From contig CM052845.1 in assembly GCA_028534125.1 (NCBI GenBank), positions 6,510,001 to 6,574,000 of the forward strand: 64,000 nt of DNA, in the 5' to 3' direction. Position 1 is the stretch's first letter; the number at the start of each line of letters is the position of its first letter. The position numbers were made by a program, and so were the translations under genes. This document shows, piece by piece, positions 11,985-25,000 of this stretch. The stretch is from Lama glama. Taxonomy: Eukaryota. The notes below the pieces were generated by a model that worked only from the letters and a program-made list of their open reading frames with translations, was not told the DNA's origin and searched no databases.

Positions 11985-12298
11985 TCTGTTGTAGCCACCA
12001 TTTACATGTGGTTCTTGAGCACCTAGTCATATGCCTAGTCTGGAGTGAGACGTACTGTAAGTGTAAAATACTCACTGATTTCGGTGACTTAGTACAAAAA
12101 TAAGAATAGAGGCTATCTTGTTAATGATTTCTACGTTTAGTATTTGTTGAAACGATGTTTTAGATATTGGGGTCAATAAAGTATTTCATTTAAAATTAAC
12201 TCCACCTGTTCCCATTTGCCATTTTCAAATATGACTACTAAAAACTGAAAATTGTTTTTGTAGCTCTCATTATGTTTTACTGGCTAGCACTGCTCTAG
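11985..12298 (-). mobile_element. hAT-Charlie non-autonomous DNA transposon (MER33-like)
   Basis: gtagccacc..acatgtgg, tgtaagtgtaaaatac, gacttagtacaaaaa, ending gcactgctctaga. About 310 bp. Confidence 0.75.
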
Positions 12299-12379
12299 AC
12301 AATAATAGTAACTAACACTTACTGAGCACTAATATGTTCCAGACACTGCTCTAAGCATCTCTAAGCATGTTACATGTAA

Positions 12380-12832
12380 CTTTTTTTTTTTTGTATTGAA
12401 GTATAGTCGGTTTACAATGCTGTGTTAGTTTCTGGTGTACAGCATAGTGATTCAGTTATACATGTATATTTTTTCATATTCTTTTTCATTACAGGCTATT
12501 ACAAGGTAAAAAATAGAGATAGTTTCCTGTGATATACAGTAGGACCTTGTTGTTTATCTGTTTTATATTTAGTAGTGTGTATCTGCTAATCCGGAACTCC
12601 CAGTTTATCCCTCCCCACCTCTTTCCCCCTGGTAACCAGAAGTTTGTTCTCTGTGTCTGTGGGTCTGTCTCTGTTTTGTAAATAAGTTCACTTGTGTCCT
12701 TTTTTGTTTTTAGATTCCACATGTAAGGATATCATATGGCATTTTTCTTTCTTTTTCTGGCTCGCTTCACTTAGTATGTCAATCCCCAGGTCCATCCATG
12801 TTGCTGCAAACAACATTGTTTTATCCTTTTTC
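12380..12832 (-). mobile_element. L1 3' end (relatively young)
   Basis: Poly-T, then attgaagtatagtcggtttacaatg...tagattccacatgtaaggatatcatatgg...tccatccatgttgctgcaaa. The minus-strand ORF FAATWMDL resembles the ORF2 C-terminus. Confidence 0.9.
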
Positions 12833-13491
12833 ATAACACGTTTGAGCTTGGGCCTTACATTTACTTGTGTGATTAGTTGATTAATGCCCGCCTTTTCCAC
12901 TGTCTACCTTAAGCCCCGTGAGAACAGGGCATTTCTGATTTTGCTCACTGCTGTGTCTCCAAACCTGGCACAGTGCCTGGCACACTGCAAGCCCTCAGTA
13001 AGTGCTGAGCATTCCTGAAACCTGGAAGGAGATTCTGTGGCCGGAGCGGCGGCCTGTTCCGTTTCGGGAGGAGAGGGGGCAGCAGAGAGCCGCCAGGGGA
13101 GAAACCTCTGGTGTGCCTTTTAGGTTGGAAAAGCCCAGTTTGTCCACTGCTTAATCAGGAGTGGGGAAAGGGAGGGGAAAATGCTCCAGTGGAAACTAAG
13201 AAGCAAAAGAACAGATGATCTAGAAGAGAAATGGAGCCAAAGGGAGAATTCGTCGCTGGAGTTTGGTCATGGAGGCTGGAGGGCCAGCTCAGATGGGACT
13301 TGGGCAACAGTTAGTGACATATGGCTTTTCAGGGGGCCTCTCTAGGATTGGAAAGATTCCTGCCCCAATAAATCAAAAGGGCATAGTGGTGCAGTGGGGG
13401 GTAGTAAAGGAAGAGGAGAAGCCAGTTTCCTGTTGCCACCACAGCTTTGTTTGGGAGCTTATGGCAGGTGGTGGTAGTCCTTCCCCTTGCT

Positions 13492-13991
13492 NNNNNNNNN
13501 NNNNNNNNNNNNNNNNNNNNNNNNNNNNNNNNNNNNNNNNNNNNNNNNNNNNNNNNNNNNNNNNNNNNNNNNNNNNNNNNNNNNNNNNNNNNNNNNNNNN
13601 NNNNNNNNNNNNNNNNNNNNNNNNNNNNNNNNNNNNNNNNNNNNNNNNNNNNNNNNNNNNNNNNNNNNNNNNNNNNNNNNNNNNNNNNNNNNNNNNNNNN
13701 NNNNNNNNNNNNNNNNNNNNNNNNNNNNNNNNNNNNNNNNNNNNNNNNNNNNNNNNNNNNNNNNNNNNNNNNNNNNNNNNNNNNNNNNNNNNNNNNNNNN
13801 NNNNNNNNNNNNNNNNNNNNNNNNNNNNNNNNNNNNNNNNNNNNNNNNNNNNNNNNNNNNNNNNNNNNNNNNNNNNNNNNNNNNNNNNNNNNNNNNNNNN
13901 NNNNNNNNNNNNNNNNNNNNNNNNNNNNNNNNNNNNNNNNNNNNNNNNNNNNNNNNNNNNNNNNNNNNNNNNNNNNNNNNNNNNNNNNNNN
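13492..13991. other. Assembly gap (exactly 500 N)
   Basis: Run of N. The round size suggests a placeholder length. Confidence 0.99.
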
Positions 13992-15417
13992 GGCCTTGGA
14001 CCATAACACCCAGCGGCTATCCACCGCTCATTATTAGACAGAGGGGACCTGACGATGTGGTAGGAAACCTGAGTGAGACGGCTGTGCGGGATGGCCTTCA
14101 GTAACCGGCGGCCGGCCTGAAGGGCCTGGCCAGGCGGATGGCGCTGCCCTGGAGCCCCTGCATGCCAGCTCCGCTCGAAGGTTGCAGGGGACAGGATTGG
14201 CTCTGGTGTGTCCCTGGGCCGGCATCTCAGCTATGTACTGGACTTCATTACACACCATCAGACGGGGGAGGCAACCCAATAACTTTCCATTTCCCTGTTG
14301 GGAAATAATTCTGGGAAGATGCTTGGCTCTGCTGGTGCAGTGCCAAGAGCGGCTTTACTGGCTAGCAGGGACCAGCGGACACTTGGCACATGGAAATGTA
14401 CACGCAGGCACACACCCGAGGCTTGAGTCTTACTTCTTCTTTGCCGGATGTATGTCATGTGGGAGACTTCTGGCTTTTCACTTGAGAAATTTCCAGTGTG
14501 AATTCATGGAAGCTTCCCTACAGACCTTTTAAAGTCTGGGCTGCTCTCTTCTCCCACGATCACCACCAGTGGGCAGAACTTCCCCTCCTGTGGGTGCTAC
14601 AGGATCACAAAGCAGGTCCCATCAGTTCAGCATCGGATGCCTTCTATTTGCAGTGCATACCAGTTCTCTGGGTAGCATTGGCATCAAGGAAGAGGTGGAG
14701 AACGGAAAAGTGATGGGCAAGATAACATTCTAAAAAAATCAAATATTCAAGGACTGTTTCCCTTCAAGGGTCACTTAGTGATGCAGTGAAGGACGTCTGT
14801 TTGAGTCCTCTGGACCCGCCTCAGGTACTCCACCCTTCCATCCTGGAAGTCTCTGCCTCTGTCCCCTAGTCTCTAGACAACTCTAGATGTTTCCTTGAAG
14901 GAGGTAAATACAGCGGCAAGCTCAGAGAGGAGACCACCTCCTGAACAGAAGCCCCTTCGCACGCTTTTATTAGATTAGGTTCCCACAGCTGGGGTTACCT
15001 CTGCGCTCGAAGGTGTTTATCTTGGGCTGCCCTGTTGCATTATTCAGAGGCACTGAAGTCTACCCCCCTGCCTTTTGTTGTACCTCTGGGCTTCCAGTCT
15101 TTGGAGGAGTTCATAGTTATAACAACAACAGAGCAATGTAGAATGGGAGAACATTAGCTATGCTTTTCTTTCGATATTCCCGGAGAAGGAATCTGTACGA
15201 TTTCCTGTAGTCAAGGACTGCACAAACTCTGAGTGAAATTTGAATTTATGTAGGAATGCGGGTAACATGCTGCTCCCTTAGAATCCTGTAAGCACAGACT
15301 TGAGAATGACCGTCGATCTTGGATCTTCCCCGAGCCCCAGGAATCCCCCCAGCAGTATCCCTAAAAGCGTCTGCTCCAGTCTGCCCCGAATCCCTTGAGT
15401 GACAGAAGCTCTCACTC

Positions 15418-15710
15418 TTTAAAATCAACTCTTGAAAGGTGGAGTTTACAGACAACAAATGCACACATTTTAAGTCAGCAACTGGTGACAATATCAGCCA
15501 AAGGACAGAGCACTTACCCACTCCGGAAACTTTCCGTGTGCCCCTCTGTCAGTCCTCCTCCCAGCTTCCCGCTCTCTGCCCCCCCCCCCCAGGAGACCAC
15601 TGATCTGATTTCTGTCACCAGAGGTTGGTTTTGCTGGTTTAGAGACTTCATATAAATTGAATTGTCTGCTTTGGGCTCTCCTTTGTCTGGCTTCTGTCTC
15701 ACAGCACGTA
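15418..15710 (-). mobile_element. Old L1M 3' end fragment
   Basis: aaatgcacacattttaag, accactgatctgatttctgtcacca, ttcatataaattgaat. Confidence 0.7.
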
Positions 15711-15872
15711 TTTGATGCCTCTACTTTCTAATCAAAAAGAGATGGAAGTCCAATTTGTAGCCCACAACATCGACTTACATGACATAAAATAAGACACATG
15801 CCTCTCGTGCCGTCCTGCAGCTATCGAGGGCCTGGATATGTTTGTCTTGGATGAAACTGTGGCCTTGTGGGG

Positions 15873-15984
15873 GTGGTGACTAACCGTCCTGAGTCATCCA
15901 GGACTCAGGAAGTTCCTCTGGTCTGGAATTTTCACTGGTGAAACTGGGTAAGTCCCAGGCAAATTGGGACAAGTTGGTCACCTA
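15873..15984. mobile_element. hAT-Blackjack MITE (MER81-like)
   Basis: About 112 bp with inverted termini ggtgactaaccgtcc ... gggacaagttggtcacc. Confidence 0.75.
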
Positions 15985-16748
15985 GCCCCTCCAGGAGACA
16001 TGGTACAGACAGTGGGGCAGCAGGAAGGAGCTTCTAAACAACAGAGGAAGGGCAAGAAGGATGGACATTTTGTGTTTCTTCACCTTGAGGCTCAGCTGCG
16101 AGGGACCCAGCTCTGGGAGAATCCTTCTGGAAGCCATCCAGCTGGAGGGTTTGCTGGGTTTTGTGTCACTTACCTGATTCCAACCGGTTTTTTAAAAAAA
16201 TATTTTTTATAGTTTGGTTTCCTATCTTGTTAAGGACGCATTATGTTTCATTACTTCTCTGCTTTCCAGAATGCTATTTTGAGGGCTCTGACATCGCCAA
16301 CGTTGAGTGCTTTTACATATCATCAAGGTTATGAAGCACATATTGAAAGCACGAAGATGAACAAATTCAGTTAAAAATTATTGTCATTTCAGGGTGCTTG
16401 GTTTGATGGGCTCCAGCTTGATTGTCTTGATATGTTTAATTTTAAAAAATTTAACCACTTTTTCAACTGAATTACAAGGCATTGCTCTAACATGGCTTCT
16501 CTGAGCATATGTGCTAATCTCTCGTTTACACAGGAACTAATTTGTTAGCTGGATGTTAGCAGAGCACATTCACCTGTTGATATTCTAGTAAACTGTAATC
16601 TGCCAGCTTTCCTTTTGGGGCTGATGAAATTCCTGACAGTTAACTGTGCTGTATGTATTTTCCACGTAAATTCTGAAATACGATACTCTTAAAAGCATGC
16701 CGGGTTCCAATGGCAGTCTTTCCTAAGCAGCCCTCTGGATGACACGCC

Positions 16749-16862
16749 TTTTTTGTTGTTTTTCTTGTTGTTTTGTTTTGTTTTTAATGGAGGTCCTGGG
16801 GAATTGAACCAGGACCTCGTGCATGCTAAGCATGTGCTTTACCACTGAGCTGTACCCTCCCC
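16749..16862 (-). mobile_element. tRNA-derived SINE, Vic-1-like (short-tail form)
   Basis: T-rich tail then ttaatggaggtcctggggaattgaaccaggacctcgtgcatgctaagc...accactgagctgtaccctcccc. Confidence 0.88.
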
Positions 16863-16959
16863 TGCCCACCTGGCAGTGTTGGGCTGTATCTGTGAGCCTT
16901 TACGTAATGTACACAGTTTGTGAGACTTTTTCATGCTTCTCTTGAGAGAGGTGTCTCAT

Positions 16960-17525
16960 TTTTCCCCTTTAATTTTTTGATTTTTAAAACTTACCCCAAG
17001 TAATGCATGAATATATCAACTGATGCAGTTTAAACAATAAAGAAATCTACTAAGCCAGAAAGGACATTTCACCCTTACTTTCTCAGTCCCTGTCCCAGTT
17101 AGATTAGTGGCTATCCTTCCAGAATTTTTATGTGTAATGGAATTCAGCCTGTTTTTTTTTGTCTGTTTTCTTTTTTAAATAGAATCATACTATAGATATA
17201 TATTGGTTTTTCCATTTAAAAATATGTTTTAAAGACTGTTTTTTCTTGTTAGACTGTATCAGTTTACTTCATTATTTTGAAAGCTATGTTGGTTCAGTAG
17301 TGCAGAGATGCCTAAATTTATTTAACGATTCCCCTGTCAATGGGTATGTATGTTGCTGGTTTTCTGTTACATTACCATGAACATACTTGTATGTCTCTGC
17401 CCATATGTTTTACTCTTATTTCTCTAGATATTTGAGAATGGAGTTGCTGTGTTAATGGAAAAATTACATTAAATTTTGGTGCCTACTGCCAAATTGGCCT
17501 CGACAAGGCTGTACCAGTTTCCCCT
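16960..17525 (-). mobile_element. Old L1ME-like fragment
   Basis: aaatagaatcatactata, tttatttaacgattcccc, catgaacatacttgt, tactgccaaattggcctc..aaggctgtaccagttt. Confidence 0.6.
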
Positions 17526-20500
17526 CAACGTTTGAATTCTTTTAACATGTGAAACACTTGAAACAAAATGCAAATAGATAATTAAATTTCTCCAGCTCAG
17601 ACAGCAAGTTGGGAATTTGCTCTGCTTTGAATAAAATCTTATTTGTTGCTTACTTATACTTTTGATTTGTATAAAGGTCAGAAAAAAACTTAAGACACTT
17701 GGCTTATTGACTTAACTTGCAAGTTATAATTTCATGGACTTCACATGAGCTCTGGATTCGAATGATTTTTAGTGTTTTTCCATGACTGACTGCTAAGATG
17801 TTTCCATGTAATAAACACTGTTGAAAATGTGGTCAGCATGGAACACTCCAGAAGTGCCCTCTGCCTAAAGGTCTTCCATACCGAAACTTAGGTTAAGAGT
17901 CTAGTTCTTCAGATGATCGGACTGATTAGCTTTCTACTTCCATATTCCGAATGTAGACAATTTAAAAATTATGAAAACTAAGGAAATTCATATTTATTTA
18001 ACATACTTGTTAATCGTACATCACTGTTTTTTTCTCTTTCTTTCTTTCTTTTTTTTTTTTTGGTGTTCTCTGTATGTGAGAGTCTAGAAAGAAAACTGGA
18101 ATCAACATTACTGTTCTAAAATACTTTTTCATTGTCTTAGCTCCTGTTCACCTACCTCTCCCTATTACATTTGACTTTTTCCTAAATAAATCTTAAGTTT
18201 TTGATTAAAAAAAAAATCTAATTCTTCAGCATTTCTTCACTATCCCATTTTTGTATTCTCAGAACTCATTAATTCTTTCTCAAATCATTGACTGTAAATT
18301 TTTTTTTTGCCAAGAATTAATGACTGGATGCCAAATTGTTGCTAAGACTTCATTATTATTTAAATGAGGTAATAGTATCACTTACTACTTTACCATGAAG
18401 TATTAACATAAGTAATTAAAATAAAATTGCTACACTTGTCAGAGTAAATGAGGTAGGAGAAAGGGCCTAAGATCATGTGATTGTCTCACCAATTCATTTT
18501 CATTTCTTTCTTCCTAACTTCATGCATTCTTTTATGTTTACAGAAACCTGTTGACCACATTGGGTGGAGATGCTGGTCATGAAATCAAACAGTTAGGACT
18601 GTGAACTGAATTTCCTGTTTGCTTGGAATGGGACTGATATCATTTGTAGATGACACTTGTATGAAGGGCTTTCAATGCTTTGACTTAATTTTAAGATTTT
18701 TTTTTTAAAGAATTCCCAGTGGTCCCAGTGGAGCGCTATCCCCTTGACAAATACTTGCTATTAACACCCAATTTCTACTTTTACTTGTTGCTCTTTCTCT
18801 ACCTCTTCTTGCCCAAATAAGCTTAAGCCTGACTTTGGCAAAATAAGACCAAAAATGCATTTGTCTTTATTTTCCCAAATATCTTTGGGTACCTGCTACA
18901 TCCCAGGCACTATGTTAGGTTCTGTAGGCAAAGATGAACAAGGCATGGGTCCTCGAAAGTCTCCCTGTCTGCTGAGGGGCTAGACAGGTGCTCACATAAT
19001 GACAAGTGAGAATGATAAATGCTATAGTGCAGGTCCATCCAAAAAGCCAGAGGGTAATTGAATAGGGAGCAACCACCTATATGCATTTGAGTAATTCTAT
19101 GTTGAATTTTAACTAATGGTTTAACATTTACGTTAATAACCATAAGAGCCCTGGGGCTTATTTTGTTCATCTTTGAAGCCCCAGAGTTTCCAGTTTAATG
19201 CTTTCCAAATAGGAGGATTCCTAGAACTTTGCTTTTTAGGGATCGCTGTCCTTCTCTGTCTCCTGTCACCACACATGTTGGCCGCAGTAGAGGGAGTCAG
19301 AAAGTGAGATGTAGAAACACCCTAATGTGGCTTTTAGTAACGGAGAGTAAATTCTTCCGAGTGCCTTGAGAAATATCACAAACCCTAAAGAGGGCCACGA
19401 GAGTTCCCTGTCAGAGTTCGGCAGAATGTTGCAGGACTTGTCGAAGCTGCTTTGTTAACTGGCCCAGGGGACTGCAGCTCCTGTCTCCCCAGGGAGAGGA
19501 GGGCAGTGCTTTGGGTGGCATTGCAAACTGTTTTTCCCGCTCTGCTTTCTTCTTGGTCTTCACAAGACCTAACTCTCCTTCTTAATTCTTACTGTGGAGG
19601 AAACTGAATTTCCTTTTCTGTTTAGATTTAGAAACCTTCGAGGACTTGAATGTGCTGTTAAGCTTATTGCAGACAGCTGTGGCAAGGAGGTAGCAATTGT
19701 AACAGTTATCTCAAAAATGGAAAGTTGTTTGAGCTTTATGAAACAAATTATTTAATCCAAGGCAGGAAATGAGAACAGAGACTCTGTGAGGTCACTGTGA
19801 GTCCAGCTTCAGCTGAGGTGAGTCACAGTAGGTGTGATCTATGAACCGCTGCCATCTCCCACGAAAGCTGTGCTTTGCCCATTGTTTTATAAGCTTGAAC
19901 ATCTTTTGGCCATGGAGAGGTTCATTTCTGATGGCTCTCTGATAAAATCTTTTAGCAACAAGGAAGTCTTCATCTCTCTCAACATTAAAGGTCAAAAACA
20001 CAGTGAAGAGGACTTGTAATTTGTGATACAACTTAGAATGTGGTCAAATACAGCTTTCCTGTAGACCTTCACCTCCACCTCATCGTTCTTTGCGCCATCT
20101 GGTTCATCAGAATTCTGCATATTTTAATTAGCAGCTCAGAGGAGGAATTTTCAACACAGTACCTGAATGAGGAGTGTACTTTTGGTTTCAAGTAATTTGA
20201 TAGTTCCTTTCTAAAAGGGAGCCTCATTTTCTGATTTTATATTTTCCCTTTTTAAATAGGCTTTTTTTCTGCTTCTACATTCGCACCAGATGGACTAAGA
20301 AATAAGAGAAAGGTGGTTCTCAGAGGGGAAAACAGAAGCTTGGCATGGTGGTAACAAGGGGGTAGAACTGTGAAGAAACGTAACATTTTTAGAAAAATCA
20401 AGGAGAAAGCAAGAGAAAACTTGCAATGGAACTTGGAATAAAGTCACAGTGAGTTACGCCTCAAGCTTTTGGAATGGGCTTCTGTGTCAATCATAGTCTG

Positions 20501-20760
20501 ATAGGAAAACAAATTATTCTAGGTATTTCAAACAGTAGGAATTTACTACAAGAATGGATTACAAAGGGGTTGAATAGTGGAGCAAAAGAAGGGGAAGAAA
20601 TTCAGGCGGACATTTCTAGAATGCTGTTAGATATCCGGTTGACGCTCAGGGAAACAGTCTGGATGGAGTGTAAATTTAGGGTCCATCAGTAGCAGTCAAA
20701 ACTTGAGTGGGGGTGGAACCACAGTAGTCATGTTGGCTTGTTTTAGAATAAATCATTGGA

Positions 20761-20901
20761 GGAGGAGGAGGGTATAGCTCAGTGGTAGAGTGTGTACCTA
20801 GCATGCACAAAGTCCTGGGTTCAATCCCCAGAACCTCCGTCAAAAATAAATAAATAAATAAACCTAACTACCTCCCCCCTGAAAAGAAAAAAAAACAATA
20901 A
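20761..20901 (+). mobile_element. tRNA-derived SINE, Vic-1-like
   Basis: gagggtatagctcagtggtagag...ctgggttcaatcccca, A tail. 12-bp TSD aataaatcattg at 20747-20758 and 20902-20913. Confidence 0.92.
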
Positions 20902-21464
20902 AATAAATCATTGAAAAGGAGTCACTTTGGGGGAAAGTGCTAAAAGGAAGTAATCATCCTCCGGCTCCTCTTCTTGCCCAACCGTATTGGGTGTCATTGT
21001 TCAGAGGTTTTAAATCTGAATTTGTACCCTTGGTTTAAGGACTCAGAAAAGGTGCCTCAGGCCTCTGTTTAGTTCAGAGCATGACTTCCAGACTCCCAGT
21101 AACCAGGCTTAAGGAGGATGATTGGCAACTTAATTTGGATAGTGGAACCTTTAGACTCAAGAGGACCTTTAGACTTTAAGAGGAGTCTACTTTGGCCTTC
21201 CTCAGACGTGCCCCTTCATGCAGGGTGAAGAGTCTACAGACCTAGGTCACTTGCCCACCTGTGATCACAGAGCCCACGCCTCCGCCTTAGACATCATGCT
21301 TCACATACCAGGATCCCAAAACGCCCTGCCCCTAAGGCCAAGGTGGAGCCCACTCTCTGAGCCCGCCCTGGCTGCTTCTCTGGCTTGTCCTCTGAAGGGC
21401 AAGCCGGGCTCTTAGTATTCACCCCTGGATTTGAGGATTGGCCAGGGGGTGGCTGCAAACGCAT

Positions 21465-22060
21465 GGAATATAAAGGAAAAACTTTGCCCTGGACACTTGT
21501 TCAAAACAGCAAGGTGGATTTCATTCGAGTTACTGGAGGAGAAGAGAGAGACTTCAGTATAGAACTGAGCTCCACTCCAAGTACAGCAGACACAGCTGGG
21601 GACCGGCAGCCAACAAGCAGAGGGAGGGGGGTCAGTGGATGGAAAATTACTAAGAGGTTATCAAGGGTGGGAAGATTCTTGCCAAACTGGCTTAACAACA
21701 TTGTCTTTTTGGAGGAGAGGAGGTAACTCAGTTTGTATTTATTTATTTATTTAAATGGAAGGACTGGGGATTGAACCCAGGACCACTCAGGACCTCATGC
21801 ATGCAGAGCACACACTCTACCACTGAGCTATACCCTCTCCCAACAAGATTCTTGCTAAAGGCAGGCCGAGGGCTTAGGCATCAAGTGTGGGGGATGAGGA
21901 ACTTGATCAGACATCCAGGGTGGGGGATTCTCACTAAACCAGCGGAGCAGAATGCTTTGCTGACACTGGGCTCTGCAGGCCAGGGGAGGGCAGCCGGCCA
22001 AGGCTGAGGCACAGGCACAGTGAGAAGAGGGCCTGATTACCGTTTGGTCAGGGAGGGAGA
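21465..22060. mobile_element. ERV-type solo LTR (family unassigned) interrupted by a SINE
   Basis: LTR-like motifs (gaactgagctccactcca, ggtcagtggatggaaaattactaagagg, repeated gattcttgc). Sequence continues across the SINE. Confidence 0.55.
21706..21841 (-). mobile_element. tRNA-derived SINE, Vic-1-like, nested in an LTR
   Basis: ggggattgaacccaggacc...ctctaccactgagctataccctc, with a small internal duplication of caggacc. Confidence 0.88.
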
Positions 22061-25000
22061 CTTTGCCAGGACGGACCTTGGACTTGCAGATAGAGGCGTC
22101 CGTGTCCATGGGTGCGGGGCCGCCCACAGTGTGGGTCAGAGCCAGGGGTGGGAGGAATGGGGGCCAGGCAGCCCTGCATTCTAGCCTGCACCTCTGCGGG
22201 ACCCGAGAGTGCTGAATTGAACCTGGCCTTCCAGCTGCAGGTTCCTTGGAGGGACTGAGAGGCTGATGCCCACGGAGCTGGGGCGGAGGTTACTTGGTGG
22301 GGACTCTCAGCAGAGGAGGAGCCTTAGAGGTGACACACTCAGGTGCTTCTGGAGGGAGGGAGGGACAGGGCCCCAAGGAGGGAGAGCAAATGACACTTCC
22401 CCTGTGGTGTCCTGAGTGAAAGGAGGGGAAGGTTTGGGGGGTTAGGTGAGGGAGAGTCTGCAGGTGAGGAAGGAGCCTCGCCTTTCTCCTCTTCTCACCC
22501 CACGCCGAGCCCCGAGGAGACTCAGTCATGATTTGTGGCAGAAACTGTTATCCATATTTGCTGTGAACTGTTGCTCTGCACATTAAAAAAAAATCATGAA
22601 TGTATGCATATGTAAAGGCAGAAAGATAAAACATTTAACAGCTTGTTAGACTGACTTACAGCCTTTAAATACTGAGGCAGAGGATAGGCAGGACTCTATT
22701 TGTACTCTTACCTCTGGCCCTGTGCTTTTAGGAAGGGGACCGCAAAGTCCTTGACTGGCCTGCAGCACAGGCTCAATAAGGGGGCTTGAGGAATTTCCAT
22801 GCCCGGGGGTAGAATGGACAGACGCCTAATTGAACATGTATTACTGAGAGGGGGTTCCACGTTATAGGACTGATTGAGGGGCAGGTAGAAGGACTCATGC
22901 AGGGAGATGATGGGAGGGGAGGGAAGAATGTGGTTGAGAAGTTAGCACAAGAGCATTTGGGTCGAGTGGTCTGCCGGGGTCCCTCTGCAATTTCTAGAGC
23001 CAGGCTGTCTGCAGAGACGCACGTGTGACATCTTCAGTTAACCCTCAGAACCTTGGAGAAAACAGATGAACTGCTGGGGTGGTATGGGTGAGTCGAGCAA
23101 ATGCACGTGAAATGGCTTTAAAAATAGCAACAAACTGTGCAAATGCTAGATGATAGTATTATGTATGAGGCAACCCCTTGGCTTAAATTGTTTTCCCCCC
23201 AAAGTTTTAGTTCCCTCTCTTGGGGCACTTTTTACGGGATCACATTTTATGGGACACACTGTTTTACAGTAGAGGTTCTTTCTGAAACCAGAGATGACCT
23301 TTGGAGGACACTGTGTTGGAGCATTTCTTTTCCTGAATGAAGAGATGCCACCTCCCAAGTGGACTGGGTTTCAGCTGGGTAATATTTCTGTGGGTGTCTT
23401 GGGAGCACCAAGAATAAGTTATTCCACAGAATCAACACTGTAGTGGGGCCAGGGATTCCTCTGGTCCTTTGCCATTAGCCAGTCTGAAAATTCTGGTCCC
23501 CACCAGGGTTTATTTTAACTACAGATACATGACTCAAGCTAAACGTTCTTAGTAGAGTGGGGTTGATAATCTGTGTTGCCTTCTGTTTTCACCAGTTTGT
23601 GTGGGAATAACAAAAGAAGAGTGTATGCTCCCGCAGAAGAAACGGAGCACGTAAAAGTATCACAAAGTATTGTCACTCCTCTGCTTGTCTGCCATTGCGA
23701 ATTCAGTCTCCAGAGCCAGCAGTCTGGCACCGTTTGCCAGCATTAATTTTATTCCATTTGCACTCCAAGCTGTGACTCCCTTTACAGTGCACTTTTAGTG
23801 CTGCAGATCTGTTTGTCAGCTGTTATTTAAAGGAAGGAAGGAATTTGTCAGCACTCAGCAAACACAAAATAACCCAGAGAAATAAAAGTTTGAATCTGAA
23901 GTTGTTAAATGTAAGAGCCAGTGAAGATGAGTATCTAAAACTACTGAACCAGTCACACGCAAGTTGGTCGCATTTTTATGGATTTACCATAGTTGAGTTG
24001 ATTTTCATTTCTTTAAAGACCCCTAGTTCCAACTCTTGTTATAACGGGCATTGCCCTGGAGTCAGAGGGAGTTAAAGGAGTCAGAGGGACTCAGCTGTCT
24101 CCTGCCACATCCAGTACCTTCTAGAAATTGCTCAATATCGGCGCTCACATTGGAGGCAGCGATATCCTCAGTAAAGTATTTTCGGTCTGTTATGGTTCTA
24201 ACTTAGGAATTCTTGAGTATTTACCATCTGAAGTTCTGAGTTTGTGGGGGAACTCGCTGGGCAAAGGGACATACATTTTTTAACCTTCCTCAGAGAATTT
24301 TAGTTTGGAAGAATCTGATAAAAACTCTATTTTAATGTGATCATGTGTGTGTGTATCTTAAGGAAGTAAGTAGGAAGTACTCTTTAAAGTAGCAAGTAAT
24401 GGGAAATGCTTCCGGAAAGTTCGATGCCTTTAACTTTCCTCTATTAAAGAAGCGTTCCCCCACTATTACAGATAGTCCCACTCCTAAAACTAAACAGAAC
24501 TGAGATAAATGTATGAGAACCTCACACTCTCATTTTAAAAAAGGCATGTTTCTTTTTAGAGCATGTACATAAATAAATGTTTCTTGCTTAGATTCTGCAG
24601 GCTTTTCTTTATACTGTAGATTGCATGTGACCCTGAGCTCGCCTCTCCTCCTTCCCAGCATCAAGGTTCCAGGAACAGCTTGGCTAAAGGAATAATGAGC
24701 CCGGAAGCCTGCATCTCCTAGTTATAATGAATGGAAGGCTCATTGTAACGGGCACCAGCTTCAGGTCCCATTCCTGTTACCAACACGCGGACCTAGATAT
24801 TGGCCATGAAAGGTCTAGACATAACCATCTTTAGTGTCTCTTGTACTTCACTAATGTAGATGAGCAATGATGGGAGTCAGGCCCTCTCCGTTCTCCAAAG
24901 CACTGGAGGCAGGTTTTGTGTCTTTCTGCTTCTCTGTTCTGCATTTTGGGTCTTTGCCGTGGCAACCACTAGGTGAGGCGGATTGAGTCACCTATGTGCC

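Noticed and set aside
13181-13345. Short ORF starting MLQW, reminiscent of the B3GALT2 N-terminus
   Set aside because: Similarity ends after four residues and no galactosyltransferase motifs follow.
13263-14104. Long ORFs of 181-247 aa
   Set aside because: Artefacts of translating through the 500-N gap.
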